A stretch of DNA of 27,743 nt from a virus (taxonomy: Duplodnaviria > Caudoviricetes): positions 1 to 27,743 of the IMG/VR virus record IMGVR_UViG_3300025528_000032, one strand, 5' to 3'. The notes beneath the pieces were generated by a model. The model did no database searches and had not been told where the DNA came from. It was given only the letters and a program-made list of their open reading frames with translations. This document shows, piece by piece, positions 1-7,649 of this stretch. Within the stretch, counting starts at the first letter, position 1. Each line of letters begins with the position of its first letter. Made by a program: the position numbers and the translations under genes.

Positions 1-183
1 CTTGCGGATCGTCTTCGTGTCGTAGCCGCGGCCCTTCGCCTCGGCGTAGACCTCCTTGATGTCCTCGCCGAGGGAACGCTTCTCCTCCTCGAGCCGCTCG
101 ATGCGCTCGATGAACTGGCGCAGCTCGTCGCCGGCCACCGTCGACGACGCATCGCTGTTGTGGCCGATGCCGGGTTCAGTCAT
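1..183 (-). CDS. gapR: GapR / DUF2312 family nucleoid-associated DNA-binding protein (3' end beyond window edge)
   Basis: Not in the ORF track. Manual translation from ATG at 183 gives [61 protein letters not shown], matching the GapR/DUF2312 signature ([15 protein letters not shown]...[11 protein letters not shown].GyD.K.iR). SD GAAGGAG lies 7 nt upstream. Confidence 0.93.
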   Translation of the reverse strand, partial: MTEPGIGHNSDASSTVAGDELRQFIERIERLEEEKRSLGEDIKEVYAEAKGRGYDTKTIRK

Positions 184-226
184 TGCGTGTCTCCTTCAGG
201 TCTGGGCGCCCGGGCGCGCGGCCCGG

Positions 227-254
227 GCTGTATGGCGTGTAAGTCGCTATTCAA
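227..254 (-). promoter_or_regulatory. Possible sigma70-type promoter for gapR (TTGAAT-16-TACAGC) overlapping a TGTATGGC motif
   Basis: AT-richer intergenic patch. The -10 match is weak. It is followed by a GCCCGGGC-N5-GCCCGGGC hairpin (208-228). Confidence 0.35.
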
Positions 255-260
255 TACACA

Positions 261-905
261 TCACTCAAAGAGGCCGTTGGCGCCCTTGCCGGTCTTCGTC
301 TCCTCGGGGGCCTCGCTGTCGTCCTCGATCTTCTCAGCCCACTTGTCGACGTCGACGCCGCCACCGCCGCCGAGGCGCTCGCCGTCCCGCACGACCTGGA
401 ACATCGAGATGGAGAACGACAGGCCCTTGCCCTTCTCGGTATTCTCCCACGTGAAGGCGTTGACGACCGCGTAGCCGTAGCAGCCGGAGTAGATCTCGTC
501 CTTCGTCGCACCGATCTGCCGGTTCTTTCGGACGAGCCGCGGCGGGTACGCCTCGCCGGAGATGCAGCGGATGAAGATGTGGCCGGGGAAGCCGGCGTGC
601 GGCTCGCCGGTCTTCTTCGACTTGCCCTGCGGCCCGTCGCCGTCGAGGAACGGGTTGTGGATGAGGCCGTCGCGGATCATGTTCCGGGCCTTCTCGCCCC
701 ACTCGGCAACCGCCGCCTCGAGCGCGACGTCCTGGAGGGTGATCGGCTTGCCGTCCTCGTCCCGGCCGAGCAGCTCGGTGCCCTTCGGGAAGAGGAGCGT
801 GCAGCCGTATTGCTTCTTGCCGTTGCGGGCCTCGCGTGCCTCAAACAGGTTGTCGGCGAAAGCGAGACGCGCCAGCGGGGTACGAACGTCACGGGACCGT
901 GCCAT
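261..905 (-). CDS. Phage single-stranded DNA-binding protein (DUF2815-like, T7 gp2.5-type OB fold)
   Basis: ARLAF..LFE, Y.C.LLFPK, P.lDGD, eIYSGCY, N...KGlSF.l...Q.v.DGERLGGG motifs and an acidic C-terminal tail. Downstream of the DUF2800-like nuclease, as in APSE/Bcep-type replication modules. ATG at 905 preceded by GGAG. Confidence 0.85.
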   Translation of the reverse strand: MARSRDVRTPLARLAFADNLFEAREARNGKKQYGCTLLFPKGTELLGRDEDGKPITLQDVALEAAVAEWGEKARNMIRDGLIHNPFLDGDGPQGKSKKTGEPHAGFPGHIFIRCISGEAYPPRLVRKNRQIGATKDEIYSGCYGYAVVNAFTWENTEKGKGLSFSISMFQVVRDGERLGGGGGVDVDKWAEKIEDDSEAPEETKTGKGANGLFE

Positions 906-907
906 GC

Positions 908-2149
908 TCAATGCTCCATGTTGACGAACTTTTCGATCTTCGACTTGGCGGCGGGCCGGTTCGTCTTGTCGGCGCGCACCAGGTTCATGCCCGTGACTTC
1001 ACGGGTCCACATGTTTTCGATAAGATGCTTCCGCTTCGCGCCGAGCATCTTCTCGATCTGCGCGGGGCTCTTGACCTTGCGGACGTAAGCCTCGTCCTCG
1101 GAGAGGCCGACGACATGGATGAGGTCGTGGACGACCTTGTCCTCGTCGGCGGCCCACTTCCGGTTGCCGATCTTCTCGACCAGCTGGTAGCCTGGGATCT
1201 GCACCCCGCTTTCGGCCTGTGCGTGCGCGTAGGCTCGCACTGCCTTAATCCAGCTCTCGATCATGTCGAGCATGTCGAGCTTTTCGGCGAGCTGCTCCGG
1301 CGACATCTCGTCGGGGCGGTTGGCGATCTGCGGCCGGTCCTCGTCATCGAACCAGACGCCGACCGCATCGAGCGCCTTCTGCTCCTGCTTCGGGCACACG
1401 CCTTCCGCCGGGCAGAACGTGCAGTGCGTGCCGGAGTTGAGATGCTTCGCCCACCACGCGGCGAACGGCATGTCGGCCAGCTCTCGCTTTGCGTTGGCGG
1501 AGCGCTGCATCGCCTCCAGCAGGTCGAGCGTCCAGCTGGCCAGCTCTGCGACGTGGAACGTTTCCGACCGAATGCGCCCGTCCTTGTGGGGCGCGCGTGG
1601 CTGCACGATCGTCACTCGTACCTGCTCGACGTCGAGGCCCTTGTTGGCGAGCAGGGCACCGAGCGCGTAGGTGCGGAGCTGCTTGTTCTCCTTCACCTCC
1701 ACGACGCCCATGCCGTTCTTCAGGTCGACGACTTCCAGCAGCCGCTCGTCCGGGAAATAGAGGACGGCGTCGCTGGTCCCGCCGGCGTCAAACGGCGGGT
1801 CGAGCGGGGCGAGCGTGAAGTGCTGTTCGATCAGCAGCGAGGCGGCCGAGGCCGCACGCTCGCGGACATAGTCGACGTACTCCTGGGCCGAGTTGACGAT
1901 CTCCTCATCAACCTCGATCTCATGCTGCTTCGTCTTCACGGTCGCACCGAGAGAGACGGAGCAGTCGCCGTTGCCGCGGAGCGCCTTCTCGGCGACCTCG
2001 TGGCAGGCCGTGCCGCGCGCGGCGTGGATGGTCTCCACTTCCGGCTTGGCGAGGCGCTCGGCCATTGCAATCGCGCCCGGGCAATTCCAGTTGCGATCGG
2101 TGGCCGACGCGCTCCATGTCGCATGTGAGCGCTGTGCGTGCTCAGTCAT
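908..2149 (-). CDS. PD-(D/E)xK exonuclease, Cas4/AddB-like (DUF2800-like), with probable 4Fe-4S cysteine staple
   Basis: HA.wSAS...RnW.CPG, A.rGT.cH, GTSD...VVDLKNG, QL..YA and HCTFCPAEGVCP (1+3 Cys arrangement). Confidence 0.88.
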   Translation of the reverse strand: MTEHAQRSHATWSASATDRNWNCPGAIAMAERLAKPEVETIHAARGTACHEVAEKALRGNGDCSVSLGATVKTKQHEIEVDEEIVNSAQEYVDYVRERAASAASLLIEQHFTLAPLDPPFDAGGTSDAVLYFPDERLLEVVDLKNGMGVVEVKENKQLRTYALGALLANKGLDVEQVRVTIVQPRAPHKDGRIRSETFHVAELASWTLDLLEAMQRSANAKRELADMPFAAWWAKHLNSGTHCTFCPAEGVCPKQEQKALDAVGVWFDDEDRPQIANRPDEMSPEQLAEKLDMLDMIESWIKAVRAYAHAQAESGVQIPGYQLVEKIGNRKWAADEDKVVHDLIHVVGLSEDEAYVRKVKSPAQIEKMLGAKRKHLIENMWTREVTGMNLVRADKTNRPAAKSKIEKFVNMEH

Positions 2150-3014
2150 TGATCGGCTTCCTCTTGTAGGGGTTGACGACGATCATCTCGTCGATCGCCT
2201 CGCACGCCTTGGCGTAGTCCTCCGGCGTCGGCGGGATCTCGCTCAGCTTCGTGACGTGGTCGCCAAAGACGAGCTGGAGGCACCGCGGCCCGTCCTCCAT
2301 GACGGCCTCCTGCCCGTACTTGGCCTGATAGGCCAGGAGCCGCTCCCTGACATCATCCTTCGTCTTGGCCGTTTCGGGCTCCTGCGCGGGCTCCTGCGCA
2401 AGCTCGGGTTCGGGCTCGGCGGCGGGCGCGTCCTCATTGATGGCGGCCTCGACCTTCGCGATGGCCTCGGCGAGGGCCTCCTGCGTATCCGGCACGTCGA
2501 CCAGCTTGCACCCAAGGATCTCCGCGATGCGCGGCGAGGCCGCCATGCCGAATTTCTTGATGAAGCGGCCGACCGCGTGCCGCAGGTCGTCGAGCGTCAG
2601 CTTGCCGCCGGATGCCTTGGCGGCCTCCGCGGCCTCGTCTGCGGCGTCCTGCTCGACGGCGGTCGGGTCGACGCGGTTCTCGGGGCTGGCGGAGATGTTT
2701 GGCGTCGGCTCCGCCTTGGCGCGGCGCTTGCGCGGGCTGGCGGCGGGGGCCGGCTTGTCGGCCTCGTCGACGGGCGCGGGCGGCGCTTCGGCGGGCTTGT
2801 CAAACGGCAGCTCGGGCTCGTCCTGGAGCGAGCGGAGGGTGTCTGCGATCATGTCCGTGACGGCACCGCTGCCTGTGCTTGCCTCACGCACCGGCGTGCC
2901 CGCTTCTTCCTTGCGCACGTAGCCGAGAGCCGCCAGTGCGTCGTCGAGGTAGGTCTTGGCGTTGCCGCTGGCGCTGAACTCGTAGGGAATTTCGATGGAT
3001 ATCTTCAGGGTCAT
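2142..3014 (-). CDS. Hypothetical acidic Ala/Pro-rich protein with two copies of a ~60-aa helical domain
   Basis: ATG at 3014 overlaps the helicase stop (ATGA) and the 3' end overlaps the nuclease start. This is the usual position for the conserved gene preceding DUF2800. Confidence 0.75.
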   Translation of the reverse strand: MTLKISIEIPYEFSASGNAKTYLDDALAALGYVRKEEAGTPVREASTGSGAVTDMIADTLRSLQDEPELPFDKPAEAPPAPVDEADKPAPAASPRKRRAKAEPTPNISASPENRVDPTAVEQDAADEAAEAAKASGGKLTLDDLRHAVGRFIKKFGMAASPRIAEILGCKLVDVPDTQEALAEAIAKVEAAINEDAPAAEPEPELAQEPAQEPETAKTKDDVRERLLAYQAKYGQEAVMEDGPRCLQLVFGDHVTKLSEIPPTPEDYAKACEAIDEMIVVNPYKRKPIND

Positions 3015-4345
3015 GGAGAAAGCACCTCTCGAATGGCGGACCATTTCCGCATGAGGATCGCCTGAAGGGCCTCGTCGATGCTGCCCTCCAGGGCGGCTAC
3101 ACGAACCCGGACCTGCCGGTCCTGGCCGTGATTGGTTACGCGCAGAGCAGCCTGCGCCATGTCCTTCGGAGTGAACGACGGTTCCACGAACACGAGCTCG
3201 GCAGCCGAGCTCAGGTCGATGGCCTCGCCGGCCGCCTGGATCTGGCCGACAAAGACGCGCGTGTCCGGGTCGTTCAGGAACTGCTGCTCGATGGCGCCGC
3301 GGGACTTTGCAGGCGTGGAGCCGTCAATACCGACGACGCCATAGGCGGCGAGGCCGTCGCGCAGCAGATGGATGACGTCAGTGTGCCACGCCATCAGGAC
3401 GATCTTGTCGAGCCCGCACTCGAATTCTTCGCGGATTGCCTCGACGACGGCCTTCGCCTTGATCTCGCCCGTCAGACGGCGCAGCGGGCCGAGGTGCATC
3501 TCAAGATCCTTCGTCGTGCCCGCCTCGGCCACCTCGAGGATCTTTCGGTGATCGGCCGATGCTTCGATCTCGGTCCTGACCCGGGCTTTCACCTCGAGCG
3601 GCATGAGCTCGTAGACGGGCGCCGAGATGCCCACGTCTTCCTGCGTGCGCCGGAGCATGAAGCCGTCGAGCCGCGCTCGCAGCTCCTCAAGGTTGCGGCC
3701 TCCGATTACGACGTCGATGTACCGCGCGTAGGCGCCACGGCCGATCTTCTTCGGCTTGACCTTGCAATACCGCTTCATGAAAGCCGCGTAGCTCGTCACG
3801 TCCGGCCAGTCGCCGCTGGCGGCGAGCCGCTCCGGGCACAGCGCTCTCATCATCGGGTAGAGGTCATTCGGCGCGTTCGGGATAGGCGTTCCCGTTAGGC
3901 ACCACACGCCGTCAGCCCGGCTCGTCAGCCCGCGCCATGCGCCGCGCAGTAGGTCGCCGTAGACTGCTTGCGTGCGCTTCGCCTCGACGTTCTTCGCGTA
4001 GTGGCTCTCGTCGAGGATGATCCGGTTCCACCTGCGAGCGAGGAGGCGGCCGAGGCTGTCCTTCGAGGCGATCGACGGCCACCCCGCTATCACGACCTGC
4101 GCCTTGGGCTCGGCGGCCCCCAGGATCTCGACGGAGCGACCGAGCGTCGACCATTGCGGGAACGCTCGTTTCCACACGGGCCTTCCCGATGCGGTCGTGA
4201 CGACCAGGATGTTCTCGTCGAGGGTGAGGTCCGCCGCAATGATGCTGGCGCCTGTCTTGCCGACGCGGGGCGCGTCGGCGAGCAGTGCATACTGGCGTTC
4301 CGCGAGGAACCTTGCGCCGGAGATCTGTGTCGGTTTGGGGATCAT
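3011..4345 (-). CDS. SNF2-type superfamily 2 helicase/translocase
   Basis: Q motif (PTQ..GA.FL), motif I DAPRVGKT, motif II ILDESH, motif III LTGTP, MLRR, GEAIDL, motif VI QAALR. Start placed at MIPKPTQ (4345) rather than 4429. Confidence 0.92.
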   Translation of the reverse strand: MIPKPTQISGARFLAERQYALLADAPRVGKTGASIIAADLTLDENILVVTTASGRPVWKRAFPQWSTLGRSVEILGAAEPKAQVVIAGWPSIASKDSLGRLLARRWNRIILDESHYAKNVEAKRTQAVYGDLLRGAWRGLTSRADGVWCLTGTPIPNAPNDLYPMMRALCPERLAASGDWPDVTSYAAFMKRYCKVKPKKIGRGAYARYIDVVIGGRNLEELRARLDGFMLRRTQEDVGISAPVYELMPLEVKARVRTEIEASADHRKILEVAEAGTTKDLEMHLGPLRRLTGEIKAKAVVEAIREEFECGLDKIVLMAWHTDVIHLLRDGLAAYGVVGIDGSTPAKSRGAIEQQFLNDPDTRVFVGQIQAAGEAIDLSSAAELVFVEPSFTPKDMAQAALRVTNHGQDRQVRVRVAALEGSIDEALQAILMRKWSAIREVLSP

Positions 4346-4420
4346 CGGGAACACCAGGGCAGCGATGGCAGCGAGGAAAGGAGGCTGTCGTGCACCGCAT
4401 ATTGCGATGTCAGTCGTCAA

Positions 4421-4448
4421 ATCATACACGGTGTACGACAGACGTCAA
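4421..4448 (-). promoter_or_regulatory. Sigma70-type promoter for the helicase-nuclease-SSB operon (TTGACG-16-TATGAT) containing inverted TGTAYGA sites
   Basis: On the minus strand, -35 at 4448-4443 and -10 at 4426-4421. TCATACAC-G-GTGTACGA near-palindrome at 4422-4438. Confidence 0.65.
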
Positions 4449-4450
4449 GG

Positions 4451-4960
4451 TCAGGGAAGATTGTTGCCGCAGGCTGCGTAGCCGGCGATGTCGACCCAGG
4501 AATCTTCGTGGCGCGGCTGGTTCTCCAGGCGAGCCAGCTTCATGTCGACCATCATCTGCGCCACATCGTGCGCATCGACGGTCACTTTGATGCCGTACCG
4601 GTTCAGGAAGTGGAGCTGCCAGCGGCGTGCGATCCGGTTGAAGTTGTCCTCCGGCGAGCCGTAGTTGAGGCCCCGGTCGGCGACCGCGTCGATGGCCTTC
4701 TCCAGCGTTTCCCGCTTTGTCGGGCGGCCGCTCGCGCTGCTTTGGTGGAGGCGCTCGTCGTCGGGCGCTTCCTTGCAGAAAACGAGCTTAACGAGGTCGA
4801 GAGGCGACGGGTCGTCGTTCGTGTACAAGCGGCCGCTGCTGGTGTAATAAACGTCGCTCACGCGCCACGGGAAAACGGAGCCGCCGACGTATTCGGCTGG
4901 GCCGACGAGCGCACCGTCCCGCCGGCGGTAGTACGCACCTTGTTTCATCTCGACCGTCAT
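4451..4960 (-). CDS. DUF6378-like protein with an additional small N-terminal beta domain
   Basis: C-terminal L..A...V.dRg.nYG.PEDNF.RIA..W...DVA.MM..mKLAR......DSWVDIAGYAACG signature. ATGA overlap with rusA. Confidence 0.78.
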   Translation of the reverse strand: MTVEMKQGAYYRRRDGALVGPAEYVGGSVFPWRVSDVYYTSSGRLYTNDDPSPLDLVKLVFCKEAPDDERLHQSSASGRPTKRETLEKAIDAVADRGLNYGSPEDNFNRIARRWQLHFLNRYGIKVTVDAHDVAQMMVDMKLARLENQPRHEDSWVDIAGYAACGNNLP

Positions 4961-5385
4961 GAAAACACTCCTTCTTCAGTCAGGGGATATACGCGGAGGA
5001 CGAGCCGTGGCTGGGCGGAGTAGCGTTTCTTGAACGAGCCTTCGACGATCTGGCTGTCGTCCACCCACACAACCATGTTCAGCGCGTCCGCCGCGATCTT
5101 GGCGATGTTGTCGAGATCCGGCTTTTTCGTCGGCAGGATCTCGCCAGCGAGGGCCGCCGCGGCGCGTTTCTTCGGCCACGACGCCGCGACCGGAACGTAC
5201 GCCTCGATGTCGAGGCGTAGCGGCCCGGTCAGGAGCTCCCGGCCCGCCATGGCTTGCTGCCCGGCGAGCGCGAGACGCCCCTCGTAGTTGACCGTCTTCT
5301 GCGGGGTGAACAGCCGGCCGGTGGCGCGCGATTGCCTCACGCGCTGCTTCCCCATGGGCGGCCCCGCCAGGACGATCTCGATCAT
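4957..5385 (-). CDS. rusA: RusA family Holliday junction resolvase
   Basis: G.P.gK.R.R, tP.kT..YE, PTKKPDLDNIAK...DALN..VW.DDSQIV, K.Y...PRL motifs. Confidence 0.95.
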   Translation of the reverse strand: MIEIVLAGPPMGKQRVRQSRATGRLFTPQKTVNYEGRLALAGQQAMAGRELLTGPLRLDIEAYVPVAASWPKKRAAAALAGEILPTKKPDLDNIAKIAADALNMVVWVDDSQIVEGSFKKRYSAQPRLVLRVYPLTEEGVFS

Positions 5386-5627
5386 GCGTAGATGACCCGA
5401 GCAACGGCCTGGTCAGCGAAGCTCAGGATGTCGCCCGCGGATCTGGACAATGCCGGCCATTCCGAGTGCATCCGTATGGCCTCGAGCTCAGCGATTGCTG
5501 CGTCGACCGCTTCACGCATCACCTCCTCATCCGCACCGAGATTGATGATCGCGGGAACGTCCCTGCGCATGACGGCGCGCACCATTGATGCCGCCCAGAA
5601 ATAGTTGCGCAGCTCTGCGTCCTTCAT
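5382..5627 (-). CDS. Hypothetical protein (81 aa, MKDAELRNYF...)
   Basis: TAATG overlap with the upstream Cro-like gene and ATGA overlap with rusA indicate translational coupling. Confidence 0.7.
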   Translation of the reverse strand: MKDAELRNYFWAASMVRAVMRRDVPAIINLGADEEVMREAVDAAIAELEAIRMHSEWPALSRSAGDILSFADQAVARVIYA

Positions 5628-5851
5628 TACTGGCCCCCGTCCATGTATTGAGAAACGCGCACGGGCGCGCCGTGCTCCAGCTCCAAGATGACAAGCAGAA
5701 CCGGGAGCCACTCCCCCGGGATCGAATCGCGTTGGAGCCATTTTTCAACGCTCGCCTTGCTCGGTGCGTCGAGCCCGTACTTGGCGATCGCGGATATCAA
5801 ACCATCAGCGGACTTGAAGTTGTCCCTGAGAAAGCGGCGATGCGCGAACAT
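5627..5851 (-). CDS. Cro-like small HTH regulator (74 aa)
   Basis: First gene divergent from the XRE repressor. S.asV.kW.qRdsIP.eW pattern is typical of Cro/YdaS-like proteins. Confidence 0.65.
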   Translation of the reverse strand: MFAHRRFLRDNFKSADGLISAIAKYGLDAPSKASVEKWLQRDSIPGEWLPVLLVILELEHGAPVRVSQYMDGGQ

Positions 5852-5885
5852 TGGGGCGCGTCCGTGGCGAGCCGTTGACGTCTCG

Positions 5886-5914
5886 ATAGTGTATGCCGTG
5901 ACGACAGGTGTCAA
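5886..5914 (-). promoter_or_regulatory. Leftward (lytic early) promoter candidate: TTGACA with -10 CACTAT (17 nt) or TACACT (15 nt)
   Basis: Consensus -35 at 5914-5909 in the divergent switch region. Overlaps TGTATGCC (5890-5897). Confidence 0.55.
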
Positions 5915-5948
5915 GTGAAATCGTATGACGTGTGCATTACGTGATGGC

Positions 5949-5977
5949 TTGACGTGTACGACGCTGCGTCGTACATA
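5949..5977 (+). promoter_or_regulatory. Rightward promoter (TTGACG-17-TACATA) with a perfect 21-bp operator-like palindrome TGTACGACGC-T-GCGTCGTACA (5955-5975)
   Basis: Read directly. Lies upstream of the repressor SD (GGAG 6001-6004) and ATG (6012). Confidence 0.72.
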
Positions 5978-6011
5978 CGTAGTACCGCAACCGCCAACAC
6001 GGAGATGTTAA

Positions 6012-6446
6012 ATGGCTCGCAAAGTCCGCCCCCACCTCGGGGGCTCCGAAACACAGATCGCGTCGCTTGCGCCCCGCTCGCTCACGAAGCAGGAATTCGG
6101 CCGGCGCGTCTACAACCTCATGCTCGGAAAGGGCTGGACGCAGGCGGAGCTTGCCCGCCGCGCCGGCCTCGAGCGGAACCACATCTCGACCTACGTGACC
6201 GGCCGCAGTTTTCCGACGCCGGCGAACCTCGAGAAGCTGGCGAACGCGCTCGGCGTGTCGACCACGGCGCTCCTCCCGAACATCGCGGAGGCGGCGATCG
6301 AGGCCGACATCCCGGAGCTCGACATCAAGGTGAGCCCAGGCGCGCCCGACAAGGCGTGGCTTAGGATCAACCGGCTCGTCACCCTGTCCACTGCCGTCAA
6401 GATCGCCGAGCTGCTCGAAAATGACGACGCTGCTGACAGAACGTGA
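6012..6446 (+). CDS. XRE-family HTH repressor (CI-like, no peptidase domain evident)
   Basis: FGRRV..L...KGWTQAELARRAGL....IS.Y..GRSFP...NLEKLA.ALGVS...LL. Divergent from the Cro-like gene. Confidence 0.92.
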   Translation: MARKVRPHLGGSETQIASLAPRSLTKQEFGRRVYNLMLGKGWTQAELARRAGLERNHISTYVTGRSFPTPANLEKLANALGVSTTALLPNIAEAAIEADIPELDIKVSPGAPDKAWLRINRLVTLSTAVKIAELLENDDAADRT

Positions 6447-6729
6447 AGTCGCCGAGCGCCTCCGCTGCTCGACGTCCAGGGTCAAGCGGTTGAGGCTGTC
6501 CGGCCGCCTGCCGTTTTACCGTGGGCGTCCAGTGTGCATAGCAGAGAGCGACCTGGAGGCCTATCTGGAGTCGATCAAATGCCCCAATACACCCTCCGCC
6601 GGCTCGACGAGCGAGACAAGAACGGCGTCTATTACATCTTCTGGAGCGAGAACCGCCGAAGCAAACGCATCAGCACGCGCGAGAGAGATCTTTCTGCGGC
6701 GCAAGCTTTCTTCGCGCAATGGCTCCTGA
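6421..6729 (+). CDS. Excisionase-like HTH protein (HTH_17/MerR-like recombination directionality factor)
   Basis: LLT.REVAERLRCS...V.RL...GRLP......V.I.ESDL.AYL. Immediately upstream of, and overlapping, the integrase. Confidence 0.8.
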   Translation: MTTLLTEREVAERLRCSTSRVKRLRLSGRLPFYRGRPVCIAESDLEAYLESIKCPNTPSAGSTSETRTASITSSGARTAEANASARAREIFLRRKLSSRNGS

Positions 6730-7649
6730 TGGAGCGGGAAGGCGCGGGTGCCTCCACGCTGACGGTTACGGACCTGTGGAAGGTCTACTTCGAGAAGCAC
6801 GGTGCTGGCACGGGCAATCCGACGTCCCTCGCCAACGCCTGGAAGAACCTGAGTGCGTTCTTTGGCGGCCGACTCGTCGCGGAAGTGACGCCGGCCCTCG
6901 TCGACGAATACGTCGCGAAGCGCACGTCCGGGCGGCTCGGCCGCAAGGTCAAAGAGTCGTCCGTGCGGCAAGAGCTGTCCGTTTTGCGCGCTTGCTTCAA
7001 CTGGTGCGCCAATTCCGGGCGCGGTCTTCTGAGGCCGGCCGAGGTGCCGCGTTTTGACCTGCCGAAAGCCAGCCCGCCGCGCGACCGCTGGCTGACGACG
7101 GACGAAATCCGGCGCCTGTTCGACGCGGCCGCCAAGATGCGCAAAGGCAGCCGTCTTTCGCGTCTCGAGCGGTTTCTGTGGCTGGCGCTGGAGACGGGCG
7201 CCCGCAAGAACGCCATCCTTGGCCTGACGTGGGATCGCGTCGACTTCGATACGGGCGTCATCCATTACCACCGACCCGGCGACCGCGTGACGAAGAAGCG
7301 CAAGCCATCCGTGCCGATCTCGGCGGCGCTGGAGCCTGTCCTCCGGCGTATGCACGCGGAGCGCCGTCGGCCGAATGACCCGAACGAGCCTGTCGTTGGC
7401 GGTAGCGACGTCTGGCGTTCTCTCGTGGCGGCTGCCGCAAAAGCCGGAGTGCCGGGCGTGTCGCCGCACGTCTTGCGCCACACGGCGGCCACCCACATGG
7501 CGCGCCGCGGCGTCCCGCTGTGGAAGATCGCCAAGGTGCTCGGCAACACGACAGCGATGGTCGAGCAGGTCTACGCCAAGCACTGCCCGGACGACCTTCG
7601 CGAGGCCGTCAACACGATCTCCGGGGGCTTTCTGGAGGCCGCCGAGTGA
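6579..7649 (+). CDS. int: Tyrosine recombinase (phage integrase)
   Basis: N-terminal arm-binding-like YYIFW....RSKRIST, RDRWLT.DE, LETGAR, KKRK, SPHVLRHTAAT, VLGN and catalytic Y in QVYAKH. Start at MPQY (6579) with GGAG upstream. Confidence 0.95.
   Translation: MPQYTLRRLDERDKNGVYYIFWSENRRSKRISTRERDLSAAQAFFAQWLLMEREGAGASTLTVTDLWKVYFEKHGAGTGNPTSLANAWKNLSAFFGGRLVAEVTPALVDEYVAKRTSGRLGRKVKESSVRQELSVLRACFNWCANSGRGLLRPAEVPRFDLPKASPPRDRWLTTDEIRRLFDAAAKMRKGSRLSRLERFLWLALETGARKNAILGLTWDRVDFDTGVIHYHRPGDRVTKKRKPSVPISAALEPVLRRMHAERRRPNDPNEPVVGGSDVWRSLVAAAAKAGVPGVSPHVLRHTAATHMARRGVPLWKIAKVLGNTTAMVEQVYAKHCPDDLREAVNTISGGFLEAAE

Noticed and set aside
908-2149. Cas4-like nuclease as evidence of CRISPR-Cas
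   Set aside because: No repeat-spacer array or other cas genes in the window. The context is the standard phage replication/recombination module.
836-3065. Long plus-strand ORFs (836-2128, 1893-3065)
   Set aside because: Antisense shadows of well-supported minus-strand genes, expected with high GC3 codon bias. No recognisable motifs.
4373-4590. Strong plus-strand SD (GGAAAGGAGG) followed by GTG and an open frame
   Set aside because: The product is Arg/Cys-rich and low in plausibility, antisense to the DUF6378-like gene and crossing a promoter. It is better explained as the complement of the minus-strand CU-rich loop.
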